A stretch of 64,000 bases of DNA from an uncultured Mycoplasmatota bacterium (GTDB lineage: Bacteria; Bacillota_I; Bacilli_A; RF39; UBA660), in contig CANSRH010000008.1 of NCBI GenBank assembly GCA_947649365.1, positions 1,795-65,794 of the forward strand, in the 5' to 3' direction. The notes under the pieces were generated by a model. It had not been told where the DNA came from, did not search any database, and saw only the letters and a list, made by a program, of their open reading frames with translations. The first letter of the stretch is position 1, and each line of letters starts with the position of its first letter. Shown piece by piece: positions 16,596 to 25,911 of this stretch. The position numbers were made by a program, and so were the translations under genes.

Positions 16596-18503
16596 ATGTT
16601 TTTTAATTCTATTCATACTCGAATTCGTGTCGTATTTGTAGTTGTTTGTGTGTTGCTTTTGATCATCATTGGTCGTGTTTTTTATATTCAGGTTTTTAAG
16701 TACAATCAACTAAATAAGTTAGCGGAGTCATTATGGAGTAGAGAGCTTCCTATCACTGCTGATAGAGGAGAGATACGAGACCGAAATGGTAAGGTTTTGG
16801 CGAGTAATATTACGACTACTTCTTTGGTAGTGATTCCGAATCAAATTCAAAATAAAGAAGAAGTAGCAGAAAAACTTGCTGCTATTTTAAATGTTTCGTA
16901 TGAAGAGATGTATAGGCATATTTCTAAAAAAACTTCAATTGAAAGGGTTCATCCAGAAGGAAGACAACTTTCTTATGAAGTAGCAGAACAGATTAATAAT
17001 TTGGGATACGACGGGGTATACTTGGTAAAGGAGAGCAAAAGATATTATCCTTATGGAAATGTGTTGTCTCATGTTTTAGGATATGTTGGCATTGATAATC
17101 AGGGCCTTTCAGGAATTGAACTTAATTATGATACGTATTTAACAGGGGAATCTGGAGCGATTAAGTATTTTTCCGATGGTAAGGGAAATCGTTTGGAGTT
17201 ATCTGAGGTGTATGAAGAACCACAGAATGGTATTAATGTAGATTTAACGATTGATATTGATTTACAACTTGCTGTTGAAAATGAACTGGATAACGTGATG
17301 TCTAAGTATAGTCCAGAACAAGCTCTTATTTTAGCAATGAATCCTAAAACTGGAGAAATCTTGGCTATGGCAAGTCGACCTAATTTTAATCCAAACAATT
17401 ATCAAACTGCTTCTGTTGAGGTGATTAATCGAAATTTACCAATTTGGATGACGTATGAACCAGGAAGTACGTTCAAGATTATTACTCTTGCTGCTTCTTT
17501 AGAGGAGCAAACGATAAATCTTTTTAATGATTCGTATTATGATGGTGGTTCGATTCAAGTGGAAGGCGCTCGTATTAAATGTTGGAAAGCAGGAGGTCAT
17601 GGCGCGGAGACTATGCTTCAAGTCGTTGAAAATTCTTGTAATCCTGGATTCGTTGTGATGGGACAAAAGTTGGGGGCTGAACGACTTTTAAAGTATATCC
17701 AAAGTTTTGGTTTTGGAAAAAAAAGCGGTGTGGATTTGAATGGAGAAGCAAGTGGAATTTTGTTTTCTTTGGATAAAATGGGACCAGTTGAACTTGCAAC
17801 GACTAGTTTTGGTCAAGGAATTAGTGTGACTCCTATTCAACAAGTTCGAGCTGTTTCTGCTGCTGTGAATGGTGGAATTTTACATACTCCTTATATTGTT
17901 TCTAAAATGACAGAGCCTGAAACGAATAGTGTTGTGAAACTTTATTCGCCGGATGAAGGGGTACGAGTGATTAGTGAGGAAACGTCTAAAATGGTTCGCT
18001 ATGCACTTGAGAGTGTTGTTGCTAATGGTAGTGGAAAAAATGCTTATATTGAGAATTACCGGGTTGGTGGAAAGACTGGAACTGCTCAAAAAGTAAATAA
18101 TGGTGCCTATATGGTTGGAAATTATATTGTTTCTTTTATGGGATTTATGCCAGCTGATGATCCAGAGATTGTTGTTTATGTTGCGATTGATAATCCAAAA
18201 GGGATTACGCAGTATGGAGGAGTGGTTTCAGCACCCATTGCAAAAAATATTTTTAAGGCTGCTATTGATTTGTATGGATATTCTAAAACGCAAGAAGGTA
18301 TGCCTCGGGAATATACTTGGCTTGATACGAAGTACATGGTTCTTCCTGATGTTGTCGGTATGTCTTTAGAAGAAGCTAAGAAAACGTTAAAAGGATTTCA
18401 AATTGTGACGAGTGGGACAGGAGAACGTGTAATGTATCAGAGTCCTGAGGGGAATTATTATGTTCCTGAGGGAAGTAAGGTTTCTTTATTGTTGTCTAAT
18501 TAA
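16596..18503 (+). CDS. class B penicillin-binding protein with C-terminal PASTA domain (SpoVD/PBP2B/FtsI-like)
   Basis: STFK, SCN and KTGTA transpeptidase motifs. A single C-terminal PASTA (LPDVVGMSLEEAKKTLKGFQIV...). Immediately upstream of mraY. Confidence 0.85.
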   Translation: MFFNSIHTRIRVVFVVVCVLLLIIIGRVFYIQVFKYNQLNKLAESLWSRELPITADRGEIRDRNGKVLASNITTTSLVVIPNQIQNKEEVAEKLAAILNVSYEEMYRHISKKTSIERVHPEGRQLSYEVAEQINNLGYDGVYLVKESKRYYPYGNVLSHVLGYVGIDNQGLSGIELNYDTYLTGESGAIKYFSDGKGNRLELSEVYEEPQNGINVDLTIDIDLQLAVENELDNVMSKYSPEQALILAMNPKTGEILAMASRPNFNPNNYQTASVEVINRNLPIWMTYEPGSTFKIITLAASLEEQTINLFNDSYYDGGSIQVEGARIKCWKAGGHGAETMLQVVENSCNPGFVVMGQKLGAERLLKYIQSFGFGKKSGVDLNGEASGILFSLDKMGPVELATTSFGQGISVTPIQQVRAVSAAVNGGILHTPYIVSKMTEPETNSVVKLYSPDEGVRVISEETSKMVRYALESVVANGSGKNAYIENYRVGGKTGTAQKVNNGAYMVGNYIVSFMGFMPADDPEIVVYVAIDNPKGITQYGGVVSAPIAKNIFKAAIDLYGYSKTQEGMPREYTWLDTKYMVLPDVVGMSLEEAKKTLKGFQIVTSGTGERVMYQSPEGNYYVPEGSKVSLLLSN

Positions 18504-18574
18504 CGTCAAATATCTTTTCTCCTTTCTAAATTTTTTTATAAAGTGTTGTATAATTTGATTACGAGGTGGACGAA

Positions 18575-19567
18575 ATGTTAATATTAGCAAAAGCTGCAAT
18601 GGCAATTATGCTTGGATTTGTTATTTCTATGGTGTTTGGTTTCTTTTTTGTACGTTTTGCAAGAAGGAAACATATGGGACAGAATGTTAGTGAGACGATT
18701 GGAGAACGTCATATGAAAAAAAATGGGACTCCTACCATGGGTGGTTTTATTTTTATTCTACCTGTTCTTTTTTCTTTGCTTCTTTTGTATATTCGTGGAA
18801 GTATTCATTGGAATCATAATTTGTTTATATTGATTTTTGTTTTTATTGCTTATGCGGTTTTGGGTTTTGTCGATGATTTTTTGAAAATGAAGTATAAGAA
18901 CAATAAAGGAATTAGTATTGTTACGAAATTTTTATTGCAGATGGCAATTGCTCTCGTGTTCTTTTATATTTTTATGAAAAATGGAGGAGAACCGATTTTA
19001 TGGATTACTTCCATTGGAGTAAATATTCCTATGGGTTGGATGTTTGGTATTTTTATCTTGTTTGTGTTGGTGGGAACTTCTAATGCCGTTAATATTTCTG
19101 ATGGATTGGATGGTTTGGCTGGTGGTCTTTCTGCCATTGCTTTTTTGGCTTTTGGTATTATTGCTTGGAATACGGGTTGGATGCAAGGGTACGAAGAAGT
19201 TGCTATTTTTTGCTTTTTGTTAGTGGGAAGTTTACTTGGCTTTTTGCTTTACAATTCGCATCCTGCTAAAATCTTTATGGGGGACTTAGGAAGTCTTTCG
19301 TTAGGTGGTGCGCTTGCAACAGTTGCTATTGTAACAAGACATGAACTTTCTTTGGTTCTTGTTGGAGGAATTTTTGTTGTTGAAACGATTTCTAGTTTTG
19401 TACAGATTATTGCGATACGCAAGTTTCATAAAAAAGTATTTAAAATGGCACCTTTGCACCATCATTTTGAACAAATTGGTTGGTCAGAAACAGATATTGT
19501 TAAACTTTTTTGGGTCATCGGTTTTTTACTTGCAATGGCCGCAATTACTTATGGAGTATGGATATAG
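18575..19567 (+). CDS. mraY: phospho-N-acetylmuramoyl-pentapeptide transferase
   Basis: Polytopic membrane protein with MraY motifs (NAVNISDGLDGLAGG, FMGDLGSLSLGG, HHHFE). Start could also be the GTG at 18566. Confidence 0.85.
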   Translation: MLILAKAAMAIMLGFVISMVFGFFFVRFARRKHMGQNVSETIGERHMKKNGTPTMGGFIFILPVLFSLLLLYIRGSIHWNHNLFILIFVFIAYAVLGFVDDFLKMKYKNNKGISIVTKFLLQMAIALVFFYIFMKNGGEPILWITSIGVNIPMGWMFGIFILFVLVGTSNAVNISDGLDGLAGGLSAIAFLAFGIIAWNTGWMQGYEEVAIFCFLLVGSLLGFLLYNSHPAKIFMGDLGSLSLGGALATVAIVTRHELSLVLVGGIFVVETISSFVQIIAIRKFHKKVFKMAPLHHHFEQIGWSETDIVKLFWVIGFLLAMAAITYGVWI

Positions 19568-19602
19568 AAATATATCTTTTTTTGTTACAATTTCATTAGG
19601 TG

Positions 19603-19923
19603 ATGATTGTGAAAGAAGTAACATTAAAAAATTTGCAGAGACTTATTGGAAGTATTGACCATAAAAATGATGCTATTGATACATATTTTTATAAATTAGC
19701 AGAAGAAGTGTGAGAACTTGCTCAAGCAATTCGAAAAAATAGCAGACTTGCGGATACAAAAGAAATAAAAGGAACCATAGAGGAAGAACTTTATGATGTT
19801 TTGTACTATACTATTTGTTTAGCCAATATGTTCGAAATTGATTTAGAAGCCTGTGGAAGATTAAAGGAAGAGATTAATGCTTTAAAATATAATCGTCAGT
19901 CGTTTTTTGAAGAAGATAAATAA
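19603..19923 (+). pseudogene. MazG-like nucleotide pyrophosphohydrolase (YpjD-like) interrupted by in-frame TGA at 19711-19713
   Basis: ATG at 19603 after AGGTGA. Translation MIVKEVTLKNLQRLIGSIDHKNDAIDTYFYKLAEEV*ELAQAIRKN...EEELYDVLYYTICLANMFEIDLEA. The stop replaces the conserved Gly of the MazG E-E-x-G-E-L motif. Confidence 0.55.
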
Positions 19924-19989
19924 CTTTTTTTGGAATTTTTGTATTTTTAAAAAAAGTGTGTTAAAATACCTCTCTGTTGGAGGGGTTCT

Positions 19990-20439
19990 ATGGTATATCC
20001 AAGTGAGATATTGAATCGCATGGTAGAGAGTTCTACGAAACAAATTTATTATTATGAGCAGATGTGTTTAGAATATTATGTATCTTATGTAGGAAAAATG
20101 AGTGGTACGTTGTATCAAAAACTTTTTTCTTGTTTGCAAAAAGAACCTTTAGAACATAGTGTGCTTTTGCGTACAGAGTTTTTGGCAAAAGCATTGGTAC
20201 CAAATTCCTTTTTTTCTAAATTTTATGATTTGTTGAAGTTGTATCATTATTATCCAGTAGAGGAAATTTTAAAATGTATGAAAGATATTGCCGTTTGGCA
20301 TGGGGAGGAAAATATTAGTTTTTGGACAAAGACTCCTTGGATTAAGGAAGTGGCTAGGAGTTCAACTTCTTATTTGTTACATACAATAAAGGAGATTTCT
20401 CGTTTGTTCCTGCCTCTTTATCCTATAAAGAAGAAATAG
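19990..20439 (+). CDS. hypothetical protein (149 aa)
   Basis: ORF with GGAGGGG RBS. No recognisable domain. Sits where murD would be expected. Confidence 0.45.
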   Translation: MVYPSEILNRMVESSTKQIYYYEQMCLEYYVSYVGKMSGTLYQKLFSCLQKEPLEHSVLLRTEFLAKALVPNSFFSKFYDLLKLYHYYPVEEILKCMKDIAVWHGEENISFWTKTPWIKEVARSSTSYLLHTIKEISRLFLPLYPIKKK

Positions 20440-20474
20440 AAGAAATAAAAAGAAAAGGAAAAGAAACATACAAT

Positions 20475-20930
20475 TTGGATAGTACAAAGACTATGGCTAA
20501 TGGCTATAATTCTACATCTTTTTCTCATTTTGATTATAAATGTCATGCTGTTTCTTATGCTTTTTCTATTCTTTATCCAAAAAGTTATGTGGTAACTGCT
20601 ATTTGTCCTCGAGGGTTTAATGGTCTTTACGAATTTCATAGTTATAATATTTCTGAGGATTTTTCTTTTGTTATAGATTTATCAAATGGAATAGTTATGC
20701 TTTATGAAGAGTATGAACGACTTATGCAACCTGTGGTTTTAAATCAGATGCAAGGAGTAGAAGTTTCTTATCGAATGGATGAGGTGCGTTCTTCTAATTG
20801 GAATCTTTATTCTGCTACAAAACATGTTCCTTTAAAAACTTTGGCTTTTTATAGTTACGATGCTCTAAGTGATGCAAAAAGAGAAGAAACGTATGGTAGT
20901 TTACTAAAAAAATTGTCTAAATTGAAGTAG
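20475..20930 (+). CDS. hypothetical protein (151 aa)
   Basis: ORF; no recognisable domain. Confidence 0.4.
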   Translation: MDSTKTMANGYNSTSFSHFDYKCHAVSYAFSILYPKSYVVTAICPRGFNGLYEFHSYNISEDFSFVIDLSNGIVMLYEEYERLMQPVVLNQMQGVEVSYRMDEVRSSNWNLYSATKHVPLKTLAFYSYDALSDAKREETYGSLLKKLSKLK

Positions 20931-20980
20931 GAGACTACTTTTTTTTCTGCTTTTTTAATAAACTTTAATGAGGTTATTTT

Positions 20981-22063
20981 ATGAAGAGTAAAATGGATTA
21001 TAAATTGTTTATTGCAGTGGTTGCAATCGCTTTTTTTGGAATAGTTATGATTTATTCGGCGAGTAGTATTTGGGCTGAGTATAAGTTTTCTGATCCTTTT
21101 AAGTTTATTAAAGCACAAGGAATGTTTTTTCTCGTTGGTATTTTTGTTATGCGTTTCTTATCAAAAGTGGATTATCGTATTTATTATGAAAAGGCAAATT
21201 TGATTTTATTTGTTTGTTTTCTTTTGCTTGTTCTTGTTTTAATCCCTGGTATTGGGACGATTCGAAATGGAAGTCGAAGTTGGTTCGGGTTAGGGGGCTT
21301 TGGAATACAGCCTTCGGAATTTGCCAAAATTGGTCTTATTATTTATGTTGCGAAATATCTTTCTAACAATCAAAAAAATATGCGTGATATTCAATCTGGC
21401 GTTTTGCCTATAATGAGTGTTATTTTACTCTTTTTTGGACTTATTATGTTGGAGCCTGATTTTGGGACAGCAATGGTAATTGTCCTTACTTTGGTGGTTA
21501 TGATTTTTGTGTCTGGAGTCAAAATTTCTTTTTTTGTGAAAATAGGCCTTGTGGGTTTGGTTGGAATTGTTGGTTTGATTATTGTAGCTCCTTATCGAAT
21601 GGCTCGAATTGTTTCTTTTTTGAATCCGTGGACAGATCCTTTGGGAAGTGGATTTCAAATTATTCAGAGTTTGTATGCTATTGGACCTGGCGGACTTCTT
21701 GGCCAAGGTTTTATGGGGTCTCGTCAAAAACATTTTTATTTACCTGAACCACAAACAGATTTTATTTTTTCAATCATTAGTGAAGAGTTTGGCTTTTTAG
21801 GGGTTTTGATTGTAACAAGTGTTTTCTTTTTTATCTTTTACCAGGTTTTGAAAACTTCTTTTCGGCAAAGCGATTTGTTTGCTAAATATTTGTCTTTTGG
21901 CTTGTCTTTTGGCATTATTATACAAGCTTTACTTAACTTAATGGTGGTGGTAGGAATTATTCCAGTTACAGGTGTTACGTTACCATTTCTTTCTTATGGT
22001 GGAAGTAGTTTGCTTGTTAGTATGGCCAGTATAGGAATTATTTTGAATATTAGTAGGAAGTAG
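20981..22063 (+). CDS. ftsW: SEDS-family peptidoglycan glycosyltransferase (FtsW/RodA/SpoVE)
   Basis: Ten-TM SEDS architecture with conserved motifs (GSRSWF, EFAKI, LEPDFGTA, LPFLSYGGSS). Confidence 0.8.
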   Translation: MKSKMDYKLFIAVVAIAFFGIVMIYSASSIWAEYKFSDPFKFIKAQGMFFLVGIFVMRFLSKVDYRIYYEKANLILFVCFLLLVLVLIPGIGTIRNGSRSWFGLGGFGIQPSEFAKIGLIIYVAKYLSNNQKNMRDIQSGVLPIMSVILLFFGLIMLEPDFGTAMVIVLTLVVMIFVSGVKISFFVKIGLVGLVGIVGLIIVAPYRMARIVSFLNPWTDPLGSGFQIIQSLYAIGPGGLLGQGFMGSRQKHFYLPEPQTDFIFSIISEEFGFLGVLIVTSVFFFIFYQVLKTSFRQSDLFAKYLSFGLSFGIIIQALLNLMVVVGIIPVTGVTLPFLSYGGSSLLVSMASIGIILNISRK

Positions 22064-22123
22064 AAGTTGATATTTCTTTTATTTTCCGTTATAATAGCCT
22101 TCGGTAAAAAAAGGGGGTTAATA

Positions 22124-23065
22124 ATGAAAAATAGAGATGTATTTTCTTTTCCCGATTGGTATCCGTTTGGCATAGAAGTAGAAATATCTAATTTTTCTAT
22201 TTATAATATGGAAAAAATATTAGAAAAAGATAAAGATGTTTTTAATATTAAAAGAATAAGTTCTTGTAAAGATTTAAGTGTATCCTCTTATTCTTTTTGG
22301 CAAAATCGTAATTTGTTTTGGCAATATAAACGAGAATATACCAATCCTATTTTAAGTCTAGGAATGGAAATTACGAGTCCTATTTTATATAATCAAACGG
22401 AGCATTTAATTAATATGAGAAAGGCATTGGAACAAGTAAAACGGAATGGAGCAGAAGTAAATGAGAAGTGTTCTATTCATGTGCATATTGGTGCAAAACC
22501 TTTTTCTAGAGATTTTAAAAAGTTGTATTCTTTTTTTCTCTTTTACCTTTTGTTTGAACCTGTTTTTTATAAAATGAGTGCTATGGGAAATTTTGGTCAT
22601 GTTCGAGAAATAGCTTCAATATATGCTAATCCTTTGACTTTTCAAATGAAAAAGGCTAAGTTAAAAGAAAAAGAGGTAAAAGAATATATTTTTAATCCTA
22701 GAATGAAAAAACGAAATTCTTTGCATTTTGAAGGCTTTGATTTAAAAAATGATTCGTATGGTTCTTCATTTGAAGTTCGACCGTTTAATGGAACTTTAGA
22801 TTCTTTTGTTGTAGAAAACTATATTGCTATGGTTTTATCTAGTGTTCATTATTCGGTTGGAGATGCCTTTTTAAAAAGAAAAATGTTGAAACGTTGCAAA
22901 ACAGCGTTGAAAGAGAGAAACGAATGGAGTACGTTTGAAGATTTTGTTTCTTCTTCCGACATTTTGGTGGAAGAATTTATGGAGTTGGTTTTTCCAAGAC
23001 AATTGGATAAAGATTTATTTTATGAACAATATAGTGGTAACTATTTAAAAAGAGTTTTATATTGA
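22124..23065 (+). CDS. putative amidoligase / GCS2-like carboxylate-amine ligase family protein (tentative)
   Basis: ATG at 22124 after GGGGG RBS; the TTG at 22067 is less likely. GIEVEISN and CSIHVHIG segments are reminiscent of Amidoligase_2/glutamine-synthetase-like folds. The assignment is pattern-based only. Confidence 0.3.
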   Translation: MKNRDVFSFPDWYPFGIEVEISNFSIYNMEKILEKDKDVFNIKRISSCKDLSVSSYSFWQNRNLFWQYKREYTNPILSLGMEITSPILYNQTEHLINMRKALEQVKRNGAEVNEKCSIHVHIGAKPFSRDFKKLYSFFLFYLLFEPVFYKMSAMGNFGHVREIASIYANPLTFQMKKAKLKEKEVKEYIFNPRMKKRNSLHFEGFDLKNDSYGSSFEVRPFNGTLDSFVVENYIAMVLSSVHYSVGDAFLKRKMLKRCKTALKERNEWSTFEDFVSSSDILVEEFMELVFPRQLDKDLFYEQYSGNYLKRVLY

Positions 23066-23119
23066 TTTTTTTTAATAAGTTTTGTTTATTTATAGTATAA
23101 TAGTAACAAGGTGGTAACT

Positions 23120-24211
23120 ATGAATATTATTGTATCTGCAGGAGGAAGTGGGGGACATATCTATCCAGCGTTGTCTATTTTGGAAGAATTTCAAAAGCGT
23201 GAGAAGAATATAAAAGTTCTTTATATTGGAACACACAATCGTATGGAGAAGGAGATTGTTCCTGCTAAGGGTATTCCTTATGAATCAATAGAAATTTATG
23301 GATTTACAAAAGATATTCGGCGAGATATTAAAAATGTTTTTTTGATTAAAAAAGCATTAAAAAAATGTACCCAAATTATGAAGGAATTTCAACCTGATGT
23401 GGTAATAGGGGTTGGAGGATATGTCACGTATCCTGTTATTAAATCTGCGAAAAAGTTAGGGATTAAAACATTTATTCATGAACAAAATAGTCGTCCAGGG
23501 AAAGTCAATTTTTTAGTGTCTCGCTATGCAGATGTTGTGGGAGTGACGTTTAAAAGCTCTATCGATTTTTTTAAAAAAGCGAAGAAAATTGTTTATACCG
23601 GTCATCCTGCTTTGGATGGGGCTCGAAATGCGCAGCCTCTTGATAAAACGTTGCTTGGTTTTCAAGTTTCTAAAAAATTAGTGGTTTATGTAGCAGGAAG
23701 TTTGGGGAGTTCTTCTTTGAATCAAAAAATGCTTGATTTTTTGAATAGTGACTTGCATGAAAGTTATGAAATTTTATATATTACAGGAAGCAATGTCAAT
23801 TTGGAGGAATTTAAAAAGAAAGTGGAAAAGAAAAAAGGAATTAAAATTGTACCTTATTTCGATAATTTGCCTCGAATTTTAGCTTCTAGTGATTTGGTGA
23901 TTTCGCGTGCCGGCGCTGGAACTCTTTTTGAGATTCTTGGCTTGGAAAAACCAAGTATAGTGATTCCTTCTCCGAATGTTGCCAATAACCATCAATATTA
24001 CAATGCCAAAGAATTAGAAACTGCTGGAATCATTAAAGTTTTGGAAGAACAAAATTTAACAAAAGAAACATTATCAGAGATGATCACTACTTTGTTAACG
24101 AATCAAAAAGAAATCAATGATTTAAAGAAAAATATGCAAATGTATAACAAAAATCATCCTATAGAGACCATTTATAAAACAATCAAGGAATTAATTGGAA
24201 CTAGTAAATAG
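23120..24211 (+). CDS. murG: UDP-N-acetylglucosamine--N-acetylmuramyl-(pentapeptide) pyrophosphoryl-undecaprenol N-acetylglucosamine transferase
   Basis: N-terminal IIVSAGGSGGHIYPAL and GT28 C-terminal domain. ATG at 23120 after AAGGTGG. Confidence 0.85.
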   Translation: MNIIVSAGGSGGHIYPALSILEEFQKREKNIKVLYIGTHNRMEKEIVPAKGIPYESIEIYGFTKDIRRDIKNVFLIKKALKKCTQIMKEFQPDVVIGVGGYVTYPVIKSAKKLGIKTFIHEQNSRPGKVNFLVSRYADVVGVTFKSSIDFFKKAKKIVYTGHPALDGARNAQPLDKTLLGFQVSKKLVVYVAGSLGSSSLNQKMLDFLNSDLHESYEILYITGSNVNLEEFKKKVEKKKGIKIVPYFDNLPRILASSDLVISRAGAGTLFEILGLEKPSIVIPSPNVANNHQYYNAKELETAGIIKVLEEQNLTKETLSEMITTLLTNQKEINDLKKNMQMYNKNHPIETIYKTIKELIGTSK

Positions 24212-24247
24212 TTCTTTTTTTTGTTATGATTATAGTAGGTGGAATGT

Positions 24248-24958
24248 ATGAATAAAAAGAAGAAAAAGGTGAAACGTCATATTAAATGGAAAACTTTGTT
24301 TGTTCTTTTTGTTTTTCTTTCTTTTGGTTGTTTTTCTTTTTATTATGTCTCGCAGGTACGAATAAAAAATATTTATGTTTATGGAACGAATCTTTTATCC
24401 GATCATGATATCATTTTGGCAGCTAATATTAAAAATTATCCTAAATTATTTAAGTATAGTTCAAGAACGATGAAAAAAAATATTGCGACTTTGGATTTAG
24501 TGGATACAGTTCAAGTGAAGAAAACTTTGTTTGGTAAGGTGACAATTGAAATTGAGGAAGCCAAGGTATTGTTTTATAATCGAAATAATGGAAGTTATGT
24601 TTTATCTAGTGGAGTAGAGATTGCAGATGGCAATTTTACGGGTGTCCCTTTTCTTGTCAATTTTGTACCAGATTCTATTTATGAACGTTTGATTAAGGAA
24701 CTTGCTAAAATTGATAGCGAGTCTTTAGCAATGATTAGTGAAATTGAGTATTCTCAAAATAAAAGTGGGGATGTTGTGATTGATGATACAAGATTTTTGT
24801 TACGAATGAATGATGGAAATCAAGTTTATGTCAATTTAATTAATATTGACAGACTCAACTTGTATGCGGTAACCTATACTGCAATTCCGGATGGTGTCAA
24901 AGGAATACTGGAACTTGATAGTGACAATGGAAATGTGTATTGGCATGTTGTTGAGTAA
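24248..24958 (+). CDS. divIB: cell division protein DivIB/FtsQ (POTRA domain)
   Basis: K-rich cytoplasmic N-terminus, single TM, POTRA-like region (VRIKNIYVYGTNLLSDHDI). Position after murG. Confidence 0.65.
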   Translation: MNKKKKKVKRHIKWKTLFVLFVFLSFGCFSFYYVSQVRIKNIYVYGTNLLSDHDIILAANIKNYPKLFKYSSRTMKKNIATLDLVDTVQVKKTLFGKVTIEIEEAKVLFYNRNNGSYVLSSGVEIADGNFTGVPFLVNFVPDSIYERLIKELAKIDSESLAMISEIEYSQNKSGDVVIDDTRFLLRMNDGNQVYVNLINIDRLNLYAVTYTAIPDGVKGILELDSDNGNVYWHVVE

Positions 24959-24973
24959 AAGAAGGCGATTTTT

Positions 24974-25597
24974 TTGGAAAAAATAAATTATAATGAGCGA
25001 ATGGAAAAGGAAATCACACGTTTTACTGAGAAGAAAACACTACTTTTGCATAGTTGTTGTGCTCCTTGTTCTTCTAGTGTGATTGCACGTTTAAAGGATT
25101 TTTTTGCAATTACCATTTTGTATTATAATCCAAATATTGAACCGGAGGCAGAATATTTGAAACGAAAAGAGGAACAAATACGTTTTTTAAAAGAGTATGC
25201 TCCTTCTGTAAATATTTTGGACGTTCCCTATGAAAATGAGTGTTTTCAAGAGGTTTCTAAATATTTAGAAAAGGAAAAAGAAGGGGGCGCAAGATGTCAT
25301 AAATGTTACTATTTGCGTCTAGAAAGAACCATGAAAGAAGCGGTGAATCATCATTTTGATTATTTTGGAACCACTTTGACGGTAAGTCCTTATAAAAATG
25401 CTTTTGTGATAAATACCATTGGGTTACAATTGGAAGAAATGTATAATCGAGGAAAAGTAGAGAAAGATAAAATTAAGTTTTTGGTTTCTGATTTTAAGAA
25501 AAAGGATGGCTATAAAAAAAGTATCGAGTTATCAAAAGAATACCATTTGTATCGTCAGGAGTATTGCGGTTGTTTGTATGGAAAAGAAAACGAGTAG
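24974..25597 (+). CDS. queH: epoxyqueuosine reductase QueH (DUF208)
   Basis: LLLHSCCAPCSS motif and a C-terminal Cys cluster (YCGCLYG). TTG start at 24974; an alternative ATG lies at 25001. Confidence 0.75.
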   Translation: MEKINYNERMEKEITRFTEKKTLLLHSCCAPCSSSVIARLKDFFAITILYYNPNIEPEAEYLKRKEEQIRFLKEYAPSVNILDVPYENECFQEVSKYLEKEKEGGARCHKCYYLRLERTMKEAVNHHFDYFGTTLTVSPYKNAFVINTIGLQLEEMYNRGKVEKDKIKFLVSDFKKKDGYKKSIELSKEYHLYRQEYCGCLYGKENE

Positions 25598-25911
25598 TTT
25601 TTCTTTTTTTCTATTCTTTCGACATGAATTGACAAAATGGTACATTGTATTCATGAAATGACAGTCTTTTTTCTTTTTATTATACTTTATATTAGTAGAG
25701 AGAATAGATAGGACGTTTCCATCGTTTCATGATTTTTATAGAAACAACGTTGTTCTTTTTACAGCATTGTTTTGTGAGATAATAAAGTAGTAACTGTTTC
25801 AAAGTAGTTGGTTTCTTTGGAATACAGTTTTTTATTTTGGATGTTCCATTCATTATTTAAAAAAAAGCAGTACATTTTTTGTATTGCTTTTCTTTTTGGG
25901 GAGGAATTTTT

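Noticed and set aside
19341-19658. 105-aa ORF from the six-frame track spanning the 3' end of mraY and the MazG-like start
   Set aside because: It overlaps mraY in another frame, has no RBS and no domain. The MazG-like reading in the adjacent frame explains the downstream sequence.
19711-19713. UGA decoded as glycine (translation table 25, as in Gracilibacteria/SR1) to explain the TGA at the conserved Gly position of the MazG-like ORF
   Set aside because: parE (2953-2955) and the first ORF (963-965) terminate at TGA, with conserved protein ends and RBS-led genes following. TGA is therefore a genuine stop in this genome, and a pseudogene or a sequencing error is more parsimonious.
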